Notes: generated by a model not told the origin, from the sequence alone. Positions 1-7,895 are shown, counted from the stretch's first letter. The stretch is DNA of 27,889 nt from Chlamydiota bacterium (GCA_050049995.1 JASFVE010000018.1:1-27889); one strand, 5' to 3'. Numbers and translations are program-made.

Positions 1-708
1 ATTTTATATGGACTTGATCGTTATAGTGAAGGTTTAGATTTTTCTTTAATCAAACCTAACTCAAATTTTGACTTCAACCCTTTTCTACAAGGAATGAACG
101 CTGAGTTAAAAGCTATGGGTTTTGACTTAGATGTTTCCATTCGAAAAAAAAGTTCAAACTCAGGAATATGGTCCGCCTTTTTGAAGGCTAGCACTCTCAC
201 TCTTTTATTATCTATACGTGAAAGAACAAAAATTCGAGGAATTCATCCAGAGCAAAAGCTTCAAATAAAATTAGAAATTGACACTACTCCCCCTTTGAAT
301 CACATGCCATTTGAAAGTAAGTTAGTGAAAAAACCTATACCATTTTATGTGGCAACATATGCCCCTGCTGACCTTTTTGCTGGAAAAATGCATGCAGCAC
401 TATGCAGAAACTGGCAAAAAAGAATCAAAGGAAGAGATTGGTATGACTTAATTTGGTACATACAAAATGATATTCCTGTCAATCTATCTCATTTAAAGGC
501 AAGAATGCAGCAAACAAACCATTTACAGACAACGGATATCCTTGATAAAACAAAATTATTAGAAAAACTGCACGCAAAAATTGACGAAATTGATTGGGAC
601 TTAGCAAAGTCAGATATTGAAAATTTTATCCCAAATAAACAAACACTAGATATTTGGTCAGATCAATTTTTTCATGATATTCTTGAATATCTGAATGTCA
701 TTGAATAA
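1..708 (+). CDS. AbiEii/AbiGii-family (type IV TA, DUF1814) nucleotidyltransferase toxin-like protein, 5' truncated by the window edge
   Basis: Frame 1 is open from base 1 (ILYGLDRYSEGLDFSL...) into the 94..708 ORF. It carries the family motifs YGLDRxSExLDF, IKLEIDT and KMHAALxR...KGRDWYDL. Confidence 0.85.
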   Translation: MLYGLDRYSEGLDFSLIKPNSNFDFNPFLQGMNAELKAMGFDLDVSIRKKSSNSGIWSAFLKASTLTLLLSIRERTKIRGIHPEQKLQIKLEIDTTPPLNHMPFESKLVKKPIPFYVATYAPADLFAGKMHAALCRNWQKRIKGRDWYDLIWYIQNDIPVNLSHLKARMQQTNHLQTTDILDKTKLLEKLHAKIDEIDWDLAKSDIENFIPNKQTLDIWSDQFFHDILEYLNVIE

Positions 709-712
709 AAAT

Positions 713-1528
713 TCATGTAAGAATTTTTAATTTAGACCATTTTTCGAAAAAAGATTGCAGATCAAAAGAAGCGATATTTATCTTTTCAATGAAGTCTTGA
801 AAAGCTATTGGTTTTTCCAATAATTGAAGAGTTTCATACTCTCTCTTGAAAAGACTTTTATAAACCACTTTTTTCTCCCATCGAAATAATATGTAATAAA
901 AATTACCTTTTTCCAATTCTGGAAAGTTGTTGTCCAAATAAAAATTTTCTGAATTTTGTAGAACTTCTTGCCTAAAAGTAAAAATATCAAAAGGCAAGTT
1001 AAAAAGATGAGCATGAGGCTGGAGAGAAATTTTTGTCGTTAACTCTAAGTTTTGCACGGAAGGATATTCTGCTGAAAAAAAGCTGAGCATATATCCATAA
1101 TCCACTTTTGATGCCTCTAAAATGAATGGCTTCTCCATTTCATTGGGATAATGATCTTCTACCCACTTTGCCATGTTCTCCCCTAATATGTAGAGCGACC
1201 AACTGCTAGGGGGATACTTTTCTAAATATCTTCTGGCGATTTTATGTTCAAAATCCTTTTCTCCAAAAAGCCTAACTAATAAAGGGAAGTCATTTTTTAA
1301 ACAGCTGACTAGTCTAAGCCAGTATTGTTCATTGTAAATAGCAACTCTTTGAGCAGAAGTTAAATACTTGCCTGGTTTTACATATTGTTGGGCTGTGTCT
1401 TTATACTTAGCTTTTAAAACAGGAAGATTTAGCTCGTCCCACCCTTCCGTATCGTCTGAAATGGCTTTTCCAAACCAGCTTTGCAGTTTAAGCAAATTTG
1501 CAGGAACTTTAGGATCTAGGAGATACAT
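713..1528 (-). CDS. DUF2063 (HvfC/BufC-type) MNIO partner / precursor-recognition protein
   Basis: RVAIYNEQYWLRLVSCLKNDFPLLVRLFGEKDF...YLEKYPPSSWSL matches the DUF2063 N-terminal pattern. It overlaps the DUF692 gene by 20 nt, the usual gene pairing. Confidence 0.85.
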   Translation of the reverse strand: MYLLDPKVPANLLKLQSWFGKAISDDTEGWDELNLPVLKAKYKDTAQQYVKPGKYLTSAQRVAIYNEQYWLRLVSCLKNDFPLLVRLFGEKDFEHKIARRYLEKYPPSSWSLYILGENMAKWVEDHYPNEMEKPFILEASKVDYGYMLSFFSAEYPSVQNLELTTKISLQPHAHLFNLPFDIFTFRQEVLQNSENFYLDNNFPELEKGNFYYILFRWEKKVVYKSLFKREYETLQLLEKPIAFQDFIEKINIASFDLQSFFEKWSKLKILT

Positions 1529-2354
1529 TTTCTATTTCCTGTTGAAATTGTTTAGCTTTTAAGGCTTCTTTGCAGGTGTCTTCAAAACTTAAAAAATGGT
1601 CATCCCACTCCAATAAAGTAGATACTCCACCTGTTTTTGGATACACTTCTTTGTAAATTTGCCATACTTCGTCACAAACATAATTGTTATGGGTGTCGAT
1701 AATAAATTTATCGTAATTTGAATGGCCTGCTAAATGGATTTGCAGGACTCGATCGAAAGGCAAGTTTTCATAGTATTTTTCAGGTTCAAATCCATGATTC
1801 TTGCTGGAGACATAGATATTATTTACATCCAACATCATGAAAATATCTGATTTTTCTACGACAGCTGTATAAAACTCCCATTCAGGCATTTCATCTTCTT
1901 GGAAAGCTGCGTAGGAAGATACATTTTCTAAAGCAAAAGGCACTTCTAAATAATCTTGCACAATCTTTACCCTTTCTACTACATAGTCAATGACTTCTTT
2001 AGTATAAGGCAATGGTAGAAGATCATGGTAATGAGAGCCAGGGACCCTTCCCCAACACAGATGATCTGAAATCCAGGGTGATTTTGTCTTACGAGCCAGC
2101 TCTTTTATTTTTTTTAAATAATCAAAATTAATAGGGTCAGGACTTCCAATAGCTAAACTTACCCCATGCATAACAACAGGATAGGTTTCTAATATTTTTT
2201 CTAAATTTCTAATGGGAGGACCATCTATTAGAAAATTCTCACTGATAATTTCAAACCAGTCGATATCTGATTTTTTCGCAAATATTTCCGGATAGTGAAC
2301 CGGCCTTAACCCAACTCCGATTCCTAAATTTTTAATGTTTTGATTTTTTCCCAT
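1509..2354 (-). CDS. DUF692 multinuclear non-heme iron oxidative enzyme (MNIO; MbnB/TglH/ChrH/HvfB/BufB family)
   Basis: GIGVGLRPVH, WFEIISENF, HGVSLAIG, SDHLCW, DLLPLP, LENVSSY, LDVNNIYV, QIHLAGH, IDTH and LLEWD give the full set of family motifs including the iron ligands. Confidence 0.95.
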   Translation of the reverse strand: MGKNQNIKNLGIGVGLRPVHYPEIFAKKSDIDWFEIISENFLIDGPPIRNLEKILETYPVVMHGVSLAIGSPDPINFDYLKKIKELARKTKSPWISDHLCWGRVPGSHYHDLLPLPYTKEVIDYVVERVKIVQDYLEVPFALENVSSYAAFQEDEMPEWEFYTAVVEKSDIFMMLDVNNIYVSSKNHGFEPEKYYENLPFDRVLQIHLAGHSNYDKFIIDTHNNYVCDEVWQIYKEVYPKTGGVSTLLEWDDHFLSFEDTCKEALKAKQFQQEIENVSPRS

Positions 2355-2361
2355 ATAAAAT

Positions 2362-2391
2362 TAAGGCAAAAAGGAAACCCTTTCTGCCTTA
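2362..2391 (-). terminator. 13-bp stem-loop between precursor and MNIO gene (leaky terminator or mRNA-stabilising hairpin)
   Basis: The minus strand reads TAAGGCAGAAAGG-GTTT-CCTTTTTGCCTTA (one G-U pair), followed by ATTTTAT and the MNIO ATG. Confidence 0.7.
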
Positions 2392-2397
2392 TGAATA

Positions 2398-2739
2398 TTA
2401 GTCGTTATAGAATTTACCGCAGCGTTGATCTTCTGGTTTTTGATTATCTTCAGCATCTCTTCCAAAGATTTTATTTCTAGTTTCATCTCTTCCATTGCCA
2501 TTAGAGCAGCCACCGTTGCCGCAGCTTCCGCTACTGCATGAGCTTTTGCTGCTGCATGAGCTTTTGCTACTGCAAGATCCGTTGCCACAAGATCCTCGAT
2601 CTTGCTTTTGATCTTTTGTACATTTAGACATAGCTAGCAAGCTGTTTAAATCAAGATCATCTGTATTATTTTGAGCTGCGATACAAGCACCCGATGCTAA
2701 TCCGATCATTGCTATCTTTAATAGATCCTTTTTCTTCAT
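2398..2739 (-). CDS. Putative secreted Cys/Ser-rich RiPP precursor peptide (113 aa), MNIO substrate
   Basis: ATG at 2739 follows an AAGGAGAG Shine-Dalgarno. Signal-like N-terminus MKKKDLLKIAMIGLASGACIAA; six regularly spaced Cys in a Ser/Gly core; immediately upstream of and co-oriented with DUF692-DUF2063. Confidence 0.85.
   Translation of the reverse strand: MKKKDLLKIAMIGLASGACIAAQNNTDDLDLNSLLAMSKCTKDQKQDRGSCGNGSCSSKSSCSSKSSCSSGSCGNGGCSNGNGRDETRNKIFGRDAEDNQKPEDQRCGKFYND
2530..2574. repeat. 18-bp tandem repeat (2.5 copies) encoding the SCSSKS units
   Basis: gctactgcatgagctttt / gctgctgcatgagctttt / gctactgca, flanked by related GSCGNG-coding blocks at 2513-2529 and 2579-2595. Confidence 0.9.
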
Positions 2740-2922
2740 AATTTTTTCTCTCCTTGAATGGGTTAAAGTTAATAAACCTCTAAACCCGCAAAGTATAATC
2801 AAGATTTTTTTTTGTCCAGCTTGATTTAAAAAAATAAATTTACATTTAAACAGTTTTATTAACTTTTTTAAAAGGCTAGTTTTTGTTAAAATAATTAAGC
2901 AATTAATTAATATTAATTTAAT

Positions 2923-3546
2923 ATGATAAAAAGCCTTTTAATAATAATTTCTTTATTTTTCATTACTGGGGTACAACTATCCTTTGCAGAACAAGAAAAA
3001 TATTCTTTTTTTGACAAAAAATATTTTCCCCATGCGCAAGTAACTGACTATGAGAGCAACCTAGTTCGTTATGTATTAGACCATTTGGACTTAAATGACG
3101 AAGACCTTGTATTGGATTTAAATCAGTCAACCATAGATGTTAGTATTTTTAAAGAATATAACCTGTCTGAAAATCAAATAATAGGCATTGGAAGCTTTGA
3201 CTTTAAAGACCAGTCAGCAACCAAAATATTTATTATTGATGAACCTAAAAACTTTCACCCTTTTGAGGCATTTATAAAAGACATCTATAAAGCCTTAAAA
3301 CCAGACGGGAGAATTGCTTTTGCAACTATTTTAGCCAAAAAAGAAAATGATCTGAATATTGTTGTTGCTGATGATGTAAAAACTCAGATGAAAAATATCG
3401 GATTTAAAGATATCCATTTTGAGCCACTTGGCAAGTATGTATTTCAAGGGTCAAGCGGAGTAAAATGGCAAAAGCACTACCAAGAAGACCTGATTGACTT
3501 TTATCTAGTAGTAGCTGATAAACCCGTTGTCTTAGAACGTGTTTAA
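2923..3546 (+). CDS. Exported protein with a degenerate class I SAM-methyltransferase-like fold
   Basis: Signal peptide (MIKSLLIIISLFFITGVQLSFA). LDLNDEDLVLDL and IYKALKPDGRIAF resemble MTase motifs, but the GxGxG SAM loop is absent. Confidence 0.5.
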   Translation: MIKSLLIIISLFFITGVQLSFAEQEKYSFFDKKYFPHAQVTDYESNLVRYVLDHLDLNDEDLVLDLNQSTIDVSIFKEYNLSENQIIGIGSFDFKDQSATKIFIIDEPKNFHPFEAFIKDIYKALKPDGRIAFATILAKKENDLNIVVADDVKTQMKNIGFKDIHFEPLGKYVFQGSSGVKWQKHYQEDLIDFYLVVADKPVVLERV

Positions 3547-3619
3547 TTTTTTGTAGAACTGGGATTATAGTAATATGGAAGAGCAAGGATAAAAATTGCT
3601 TCCTTGCCCAGTTTAAAGG

Positions 3620-4039
3620 CTATTTTTCTTTTCTTGGTAAAAAAGTGAATGGTCCATCTGTAATAAACCGGATAATGCGCCTGTCTACTATTTCAGCTTT
3701 GGATCCATAATAAGCTTCTACACGCTCTCCTTCTTTACATGCAGAAGAAACTAAGCGCCCATCTGCAAGCCAATACCCCACAGGTGGTGTAATCCACAAA
3801 TTCCCTTTTTCATCTTCTTTCCATTTATAAAACCGATAGGCAGTTTTTTTTAAAGCCTCTCGCCACGCATCTTGTTCTTCTCCAGGAGCCCACCCAAAAG
3901 TATTGTGTGCTGAGGAGATCCATTTTCCAGTAGATTCACAACGTACTTGAAAAACACAAGTTGAAGATCTCAGAGTAGCTATAATTGGAGCTGTACGAGG
4001 TTTTACTAGTGGCGTTGTTTGAGAAACTGGTGTTGTCAT
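3620..4039 (-). CDS. Hypothetical protein (139 aa)
   Basis: ORF with a GGAGG Shine-Dalgarno upstream of the ATG, filling an otherwise empty gap. No family recognised. Confidence 0.7.
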   Translation of the reverse strand: MTTPVSQTTPLVKPRTAPIIATLRSSTCVFQVRCESTGKWISSAHNTFGWAPGEEQDAWREALKKTAYRFYKWKEDEKGNLWITPPVGYWLADGRLVSSACKEGERVEAYYGSKAEIVDRRIIRFITDGPFTFLPRKEK

Positions 4040-4075
4040 AACTTTTTTGCCTCCAAAATGAAATTTGACGCAGGT

Positions 4076-4103
4076 AGCTTAAGAAAGGATTGTTTTTTTG
4101 CAA
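4076..4103 (-). promoter_or_regulatory. Possible sigma66/70 promoter for the 3620-4039 gene
   Basis: TTGCAA-16 nt-TAAGCT on the minus strand. The AT-rich context makes chance matches possible. Confidence 0.3.
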
Positions 4104-4229
4104 TATTGCATAGATTTTCCTATTTCACTTTAATTGGGAAAGCATGCAAGTAATCAATTGCTTCTAAGAAAAGTTAAATACTTGCTCCTTAATTCTGAAT
4201 TCTTATATTGCAGAGTTAAGGAGAAGTCC

Positions 4230-6323
4230 ATGAAAAAGCTATTATTACTTTTTATTTTATTCCAATCTCATCTTTTTTCTGATACTCCCTCTTTTACCCT
4301 TGAGTCGAGGCAAGAGTCAGTCAACATCCCCAACCCTGCAGACCTTCCCTCTAATTGGTGGAGTTTTTTTGATGTCAAAGGAGAAGCTTTTGATACAAGA
4401 GCTAAAAAAGCTTTGGCGTATTTTGCTCAAATGCAAGAAAAACTTCCCTCTGCATCTTATCAAAAGTCAACTTACTTAATGGACAAAGTCCAAATTGCCG
4501 CAAGTACGTTAAGCAATTTAAAGAAGGCAACACCTCCTATTCCCTCTTCCAAGCCAGCGTTTCAAAATGCGTACAACCTTACCTCCTTTGTCGCTTTAGG
4601 AAATACACAAAAAGATCTAAGTGAAAAAATTGATGCTCTACACACAAAAGTGAATTTAGAAAGTTCTAAAATAAAAAGTGAAGATATTTATCTAGACTCT
4701 TTGAAAGCAGAATATATGGATTTAGATCCATCTGACACCAGGTATTTACTAGGCTTAGAAATCATTGCTACAAGAATGAACATTGCAAGCGATCAAATTC
4801 GTCTTAAAATGCAACACGGTTCTTTGGAAAATTTAAAAATTGAAGAAGAATTTTTAGAAGAAGAAATTGCACACGCAAGAAAAGTACTAGTAGTTTCAAA
4901 AGAAGACCTTACAAGTATTAATTCTGCTTTATATACCCAGGAAAGCCATAGTGAGGCTGCGCAACAAGAAGTTTTACTTATACAATCTCGCATGTCCACC
5001 CATCGAGATAGGATAACGGAGCAACAACTATTAAATGCCTTCGTCCAGCAAAATTTAGAAAAAATTCGACTTATCGATCTACAAATCCAAAAAAACATTG
5101 TTTTGCTAGGTATAAATAGTGAAGACATATCTTTGAGTACTCTTTACCAGCAAATAGATGCATGGCGAATGGATATTGAAAAAATTCAAAACGAACAGAC
5201 GATTAGAAGAAAAACAGCACGTGTAGAACTGGAAAACGCCTTAGAAGAACTGTCCCAGACAAGTGTCGATACAGAAATGTATCAACACATTCTGACTATG
5301 AATGAAACAGCATTGGTACAACTGCAAAAAATCGAACAAGAGTTATATCTTTCCGAATTTCTTTTAGACCAACTAAAGCTTCTTATTAGTGAGCATTATG
5401 CTACTTTTAAAGATAAAATCACCCAAGGTTGGCAGTCAACCATCGGATTTTTTAGGGAAAATGCCTCATGGTTTGAAAAAAGACTTTTTAAAATAGGTGA
5501 AACCTCTATTACCCCTTTTGCCCTAATAAAATTCCTTATTACAATTATTATTATTTACTTCATATCTTGGCTTACAAGAAAGGGAATTATCCGACTTGGA
5601 TCTAAACATAAAAAACTTAACCAAGCTGGCATCTATACACTTTCAAGACTATTTTTTTATGTAATGATGACGGTCGGCATCATTATAGCATTTACTACAA
5701 TAGGTATTGATTTTACTGCTTTTGCCTATATTGCTGGGGCCCTTTCACTAGGGATTGGATTTGGCCTGCAATCATTTTTTAATAATTTTATAGCAGGCAT
5801 TATTGTACTTTTAGAAAAAAATGTACGCATTGGTGACTTTATCGGCTTAGAAAGTGGGGAGCTTGGAACGGTTAAAGAAATAAAGGTAAGGACTACTCTT
5901 ATCAAAACATTGGACAATTTGGAGATTTTAATTCCTAACTCTGAGCTTGTCATGAAAAAATTCACTAACTGGACACTATCTGAAAAAATAAGAAGGATCC
6001 GAGTTCCCTTTGGAGTCGCTTATGGAACAGATAAAGAAAAAGTATCTAAAATAATTATCGAAGCCGCAAAGAAAGTTCCCTTAACTATAGAAGAAAAAGA
6101 GCCTCAAGTATGGCTCGTTAAGTTTGGAGAGAGCAGTCTTGATTTTGAACTTGTGGTATGGGTCAATGAATATATTTCTGGTGCCAGAACTTTGTCTACT
6201 TTAGCTAGATACTTATGGACTATAGAAACAACATTAAAAGAACATAATATTCAAATACCATACCCTGTAAGAGATGTTCATCTTTTTCATACGACAGAGT
6301 CAAATACTTCTACATCTAAATAA
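4230..6323 (+). CDS. MscS-family mechanosensitive channel with a long N-terminal periplasmic helical domain
   Basis: AAGGAG SD before ATG 4230 and a signal peptide MKKLLLLFILF. The C-terminal MscS core shows GALSLGIGFGLQ...NFIAG, RIGDFI, IPNS, NWT, FGVAYGTD, FGESSLDFEL and IPYP. Confidence 0.9.
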   Translation: MKKLLLLFILFQSHLFSDTPSFTLESRQESVNIPNPADLPSNWWSFFDVKGEAFDTRAKKALAYFAQMQEKLPSASYQKSTYLMDKVQIAASTLSNLKKATPPIPSSKPAFQNAYNLTSFVALGNTQKDLSEKIDALHTKVNLESSKIKSEDIYLDSLKAEYMDLDPSDTRYLLGLEIIATRMNIASDQIRLKMQHGSLENLKIEEEFLEEEIAHARKVLVVSKEDLTSINSALYTQESHSEAAQQEVLLIQSRMSTHRDRITEQQLLNAFVQQNLEKIRLIDLQIQKNIVLLGINSEDISLSTLYQQIDAWRMDIEKIQNEQTIRRKTARVELENALEELSQTSVDTEMYQHILTMNETALVQLQKIEQELYLSEFLLDQLKLLISEHYATFKDKITQGWQSTIGFFRENASWFEKRLFKIGETSITPFALIKFLITIIIIYFISWLTRKGIIRLGSKHKKLNQAGIYTLSRLFFYVMMTVGIIIAFTTIGIDFTAFAYIAGALSLGIGFGLQSFFNNFIAGIIVLLEKNVRIGDFIGLESGELGTVKEIKVRTTLIKTLDNLEILIPNSELVMKKFTNWTLSEKIRRIRVPFGVAYGTDKEKVSKIIIEAAKKVPLTIEEKEPQVWLVKFGESSLDFELVVWVNEYISGARTLSTLARYLWTIETTLKEHNIQIPYPVRDVHLFHTTESNTSTSK

Positions 6324-6504
6324 ACTACCAACAAAAAGAATAACTTTATTTATTTTTTTCTAAAAAAATCCATTTTTATTACTTATCTTTTTCTCTTAGA
6401 AAAGGAAAAACACAAATAACTGATTTTCAAAGAAATATAATTTCTTACTTTTTTTAATTTTAAAATAAAAAACTATTTATTCCATTTTTAATTAAATAAA
6501 AAAA

Positions 6505-6533
6505 TTGACAAATCTTTTGTTGTTGTTTATTGG
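6505..6533 (+). promoter_or_regulatory. Possible promoter of the + strand porin
   Basis: Perfect TTGACA at 6505-6510 after an A-rich UP-like tract. The -10 at 17 nt spacing (TATTGG) is weak. Confidence 0.3.
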
Positions 6534-6570
6534 TTGGTTCAAGAAGAGAGAATTAACCTATGTGGAAGTC

Positions 6571-7767
6571 ATGAAAAAACTACTTTTACCTTTATTAGTT
6601 GTTTCCACTGCAGTGTTTGCAGACATTAACCCTGCAGCAAAACTTGTAGCTAGGAACACAACACAAAATACGTATGATGATCAAAAAATACCATGCGGAA
6701 CTTATGTGAATCCGCTAACAGCTCAAAAAGGAAATGTTTTTTTTGAAGCTGAGTATATTTACTGGAAACCAGTCGCTAAGATTCCTTACGCAGTCGTTTC
6801 TGATCAATATCAACAACCTGATACTGCAGGAACTTTATTCTCTATTACAACCAACCGAACTATTGAACGAGTAAATTTAAAAGCCAAATCTGGTTTTAAA
6901 GTTGGTTTTGGTATTTACCTTCCTCCAGAAGGATGGATGACATCTGGTGAATATACCTGGATTAAAGGCACTAACAGAAGTACAAGTTATGGCGAACCAG
7001 TGAACACCTTAACTAATGCAGCTTCCACGAAAACTTTAGATGCTGTTTGGAGAACAGAAGGTATAGGCGATAACTCTGGCACTATTGAAAGATTAACTAG
7101 TGCAAGCGCAAAACAACACTTTAGCTACCAAGTATTTGATTGGGTACTTCAAAACACTATTTATTGGAAAAAACGTTTTACTTTTACGCCTTACTTTGGT
7201 GTAAGAGGTGCTTGGATTACTAACCAATTGGATGTTACCTATCTTGGTATTGACCAAGGTGCATCTGCTACTGTTAATGTTTCTGACATAGCAAGGGTGC
7301 AAAGCAACTATAGAGCTTGGGGTATCCGTGGTGGATTCAGAGGAATTTGGGTCTTAGGATATGGTCTTGAGATTTTTGGTAATGCTTCTATGTCATTAGT
7401 ATATGGTAAGCATGACATCAGACAAAGAGAAAATGCCCTTGCACTATCTGCAACCTCTCCTGCAGATGCATTTTTAAACTTTTCTACTACCAGTGCCAAT
7501 GACTGGTATGCTCTTAGAGAAGCATTTCAGTTAGCTTTAGGTATGGAGTGGGGTCGGCACTTCAGCTGTGATAAAGTCTACTTTGGACTTAAGGTTGGCT
7601 ATGAAGCCAATATTTGGCCAGATGTTATCCAACTTAGAAAACTGCAAAAACAAAGAAATTTTGCAGGATCTGATGCTCTTGGAACACCTGCTAACGAGCC
7701 ACTATTAGACTTTAACAGAACTTTTGCTCTACATGGTCTAACTGTAGGCGCAAGACTTGATTTCTAA
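6571..7767 (+). CDS. Lpg1974-family / MOMP-like outer-membrane beta-barrel protein (paralog 1, divergent)
   Basis: Signal peptide MKKLLLPLLVVSTAVFA, AEYIYWKP, SGFKVGFG, FTPYFGVRGAWI, VGYEANIW, and a C-terminal HGLTVGARLDF beta-signal. Confidence 0.85.
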   Translation: MKKLLLPLLVVSTAVFADINPAAKLVARNTTQNTYDDQKIPCGTYVNPLTAQKGNVFFEAEYIYWKPVAKIPYAVVSDQYQQPDTAGTLFSITTNRTIERVNLKAKSGFKVGFGIYLPPEGWMTSGEYTWIKGTNRSTSYGEPVNTLTNAASTKTLDAVWRTEGIGDNSGTIERLTSASAKQHFSYQVFDWVLQNTIYWKKRFTFTPYFGVRGAWITNQLDVTYLGIDQGASATVNVSDIARVQSNYRAWGIRGGFRGIWVLGYGLEIFGNASMSLVYGKHDIRQRENALALSATSPADAFLNFSTTSANDWYALREAFQLALGMEWGRHFSCDKVYFGLKVGYEANIWPDVIQLRKLQKQRNFAGSDALGTPANEPLLDFNRTFALHGLTVGARLDF

Positions 7768-7794
7768 GTTTAGAAAACAATGAAAAAGCTCATG

Positions 7795-7828
7795 AAAAAA
7801 AGAGGGAAATTTTTTCCCTCTTTTTTTT
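7795..7828 (+). terminator. Rho-independent terminator (potentially bidirectional)
   Basis: AAAAAAAGAGGGAAA...TTTCCCTC-TTTTTTTT, starting 27 nt after the porin stop codon. Confidence 0.9.
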
Positions 7829-7895
7829 ACTTCATTTTACTTGATATATTTAAAGTAAAAATAAAACCTACCATGCTTATATAATAAGAATCCTT

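Noticed and set aside
2361..2588. 75-aa Ala-rich ORF (AKAHAAAKAHA) overlapping the precursor
   Set aside because: Alternate-frame shadow of the 18-bp repeat. It has no SD and runs through the intergenic hairpin, while the Cys frame has an SD, a signal peptide and fits MNIO chemistry.
2513..2595. Repeats as a possible CRISPR array
   Set aside because: They are in-frame coding tandem repeats with no unique spacers, and no cas genes are present.
2740..2802. Longer N-terminus of the precursor in the ORF track
   Set aside because: The SD and signal peptide point to ATG 2739. The same reasoning trims the starts at 4134, 6505, 10583, 12156, 16912 and 25127.
2792..2818. TGGACA-15-TATACT promoter with a poly-A spacer as a phase-variable switch for the RiPP operon
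   Set aside because: Spacing is suboptimal and homopolymer runs are everywhere in this AT-rich DNA, so there is no specific support.
3581..3609. Hairpin GAGCAAGGA-N11-TCCTTGCCC between convergent genes
   Set aside because: Long loop and no clear U-tract on either strand. It may be a terminator but is too weak to call.
4099..4110. Palindrome TGCAATATTGCA
   Set aside because: Short and AT-rich, and overlaps a possible -35 element; could be chance.
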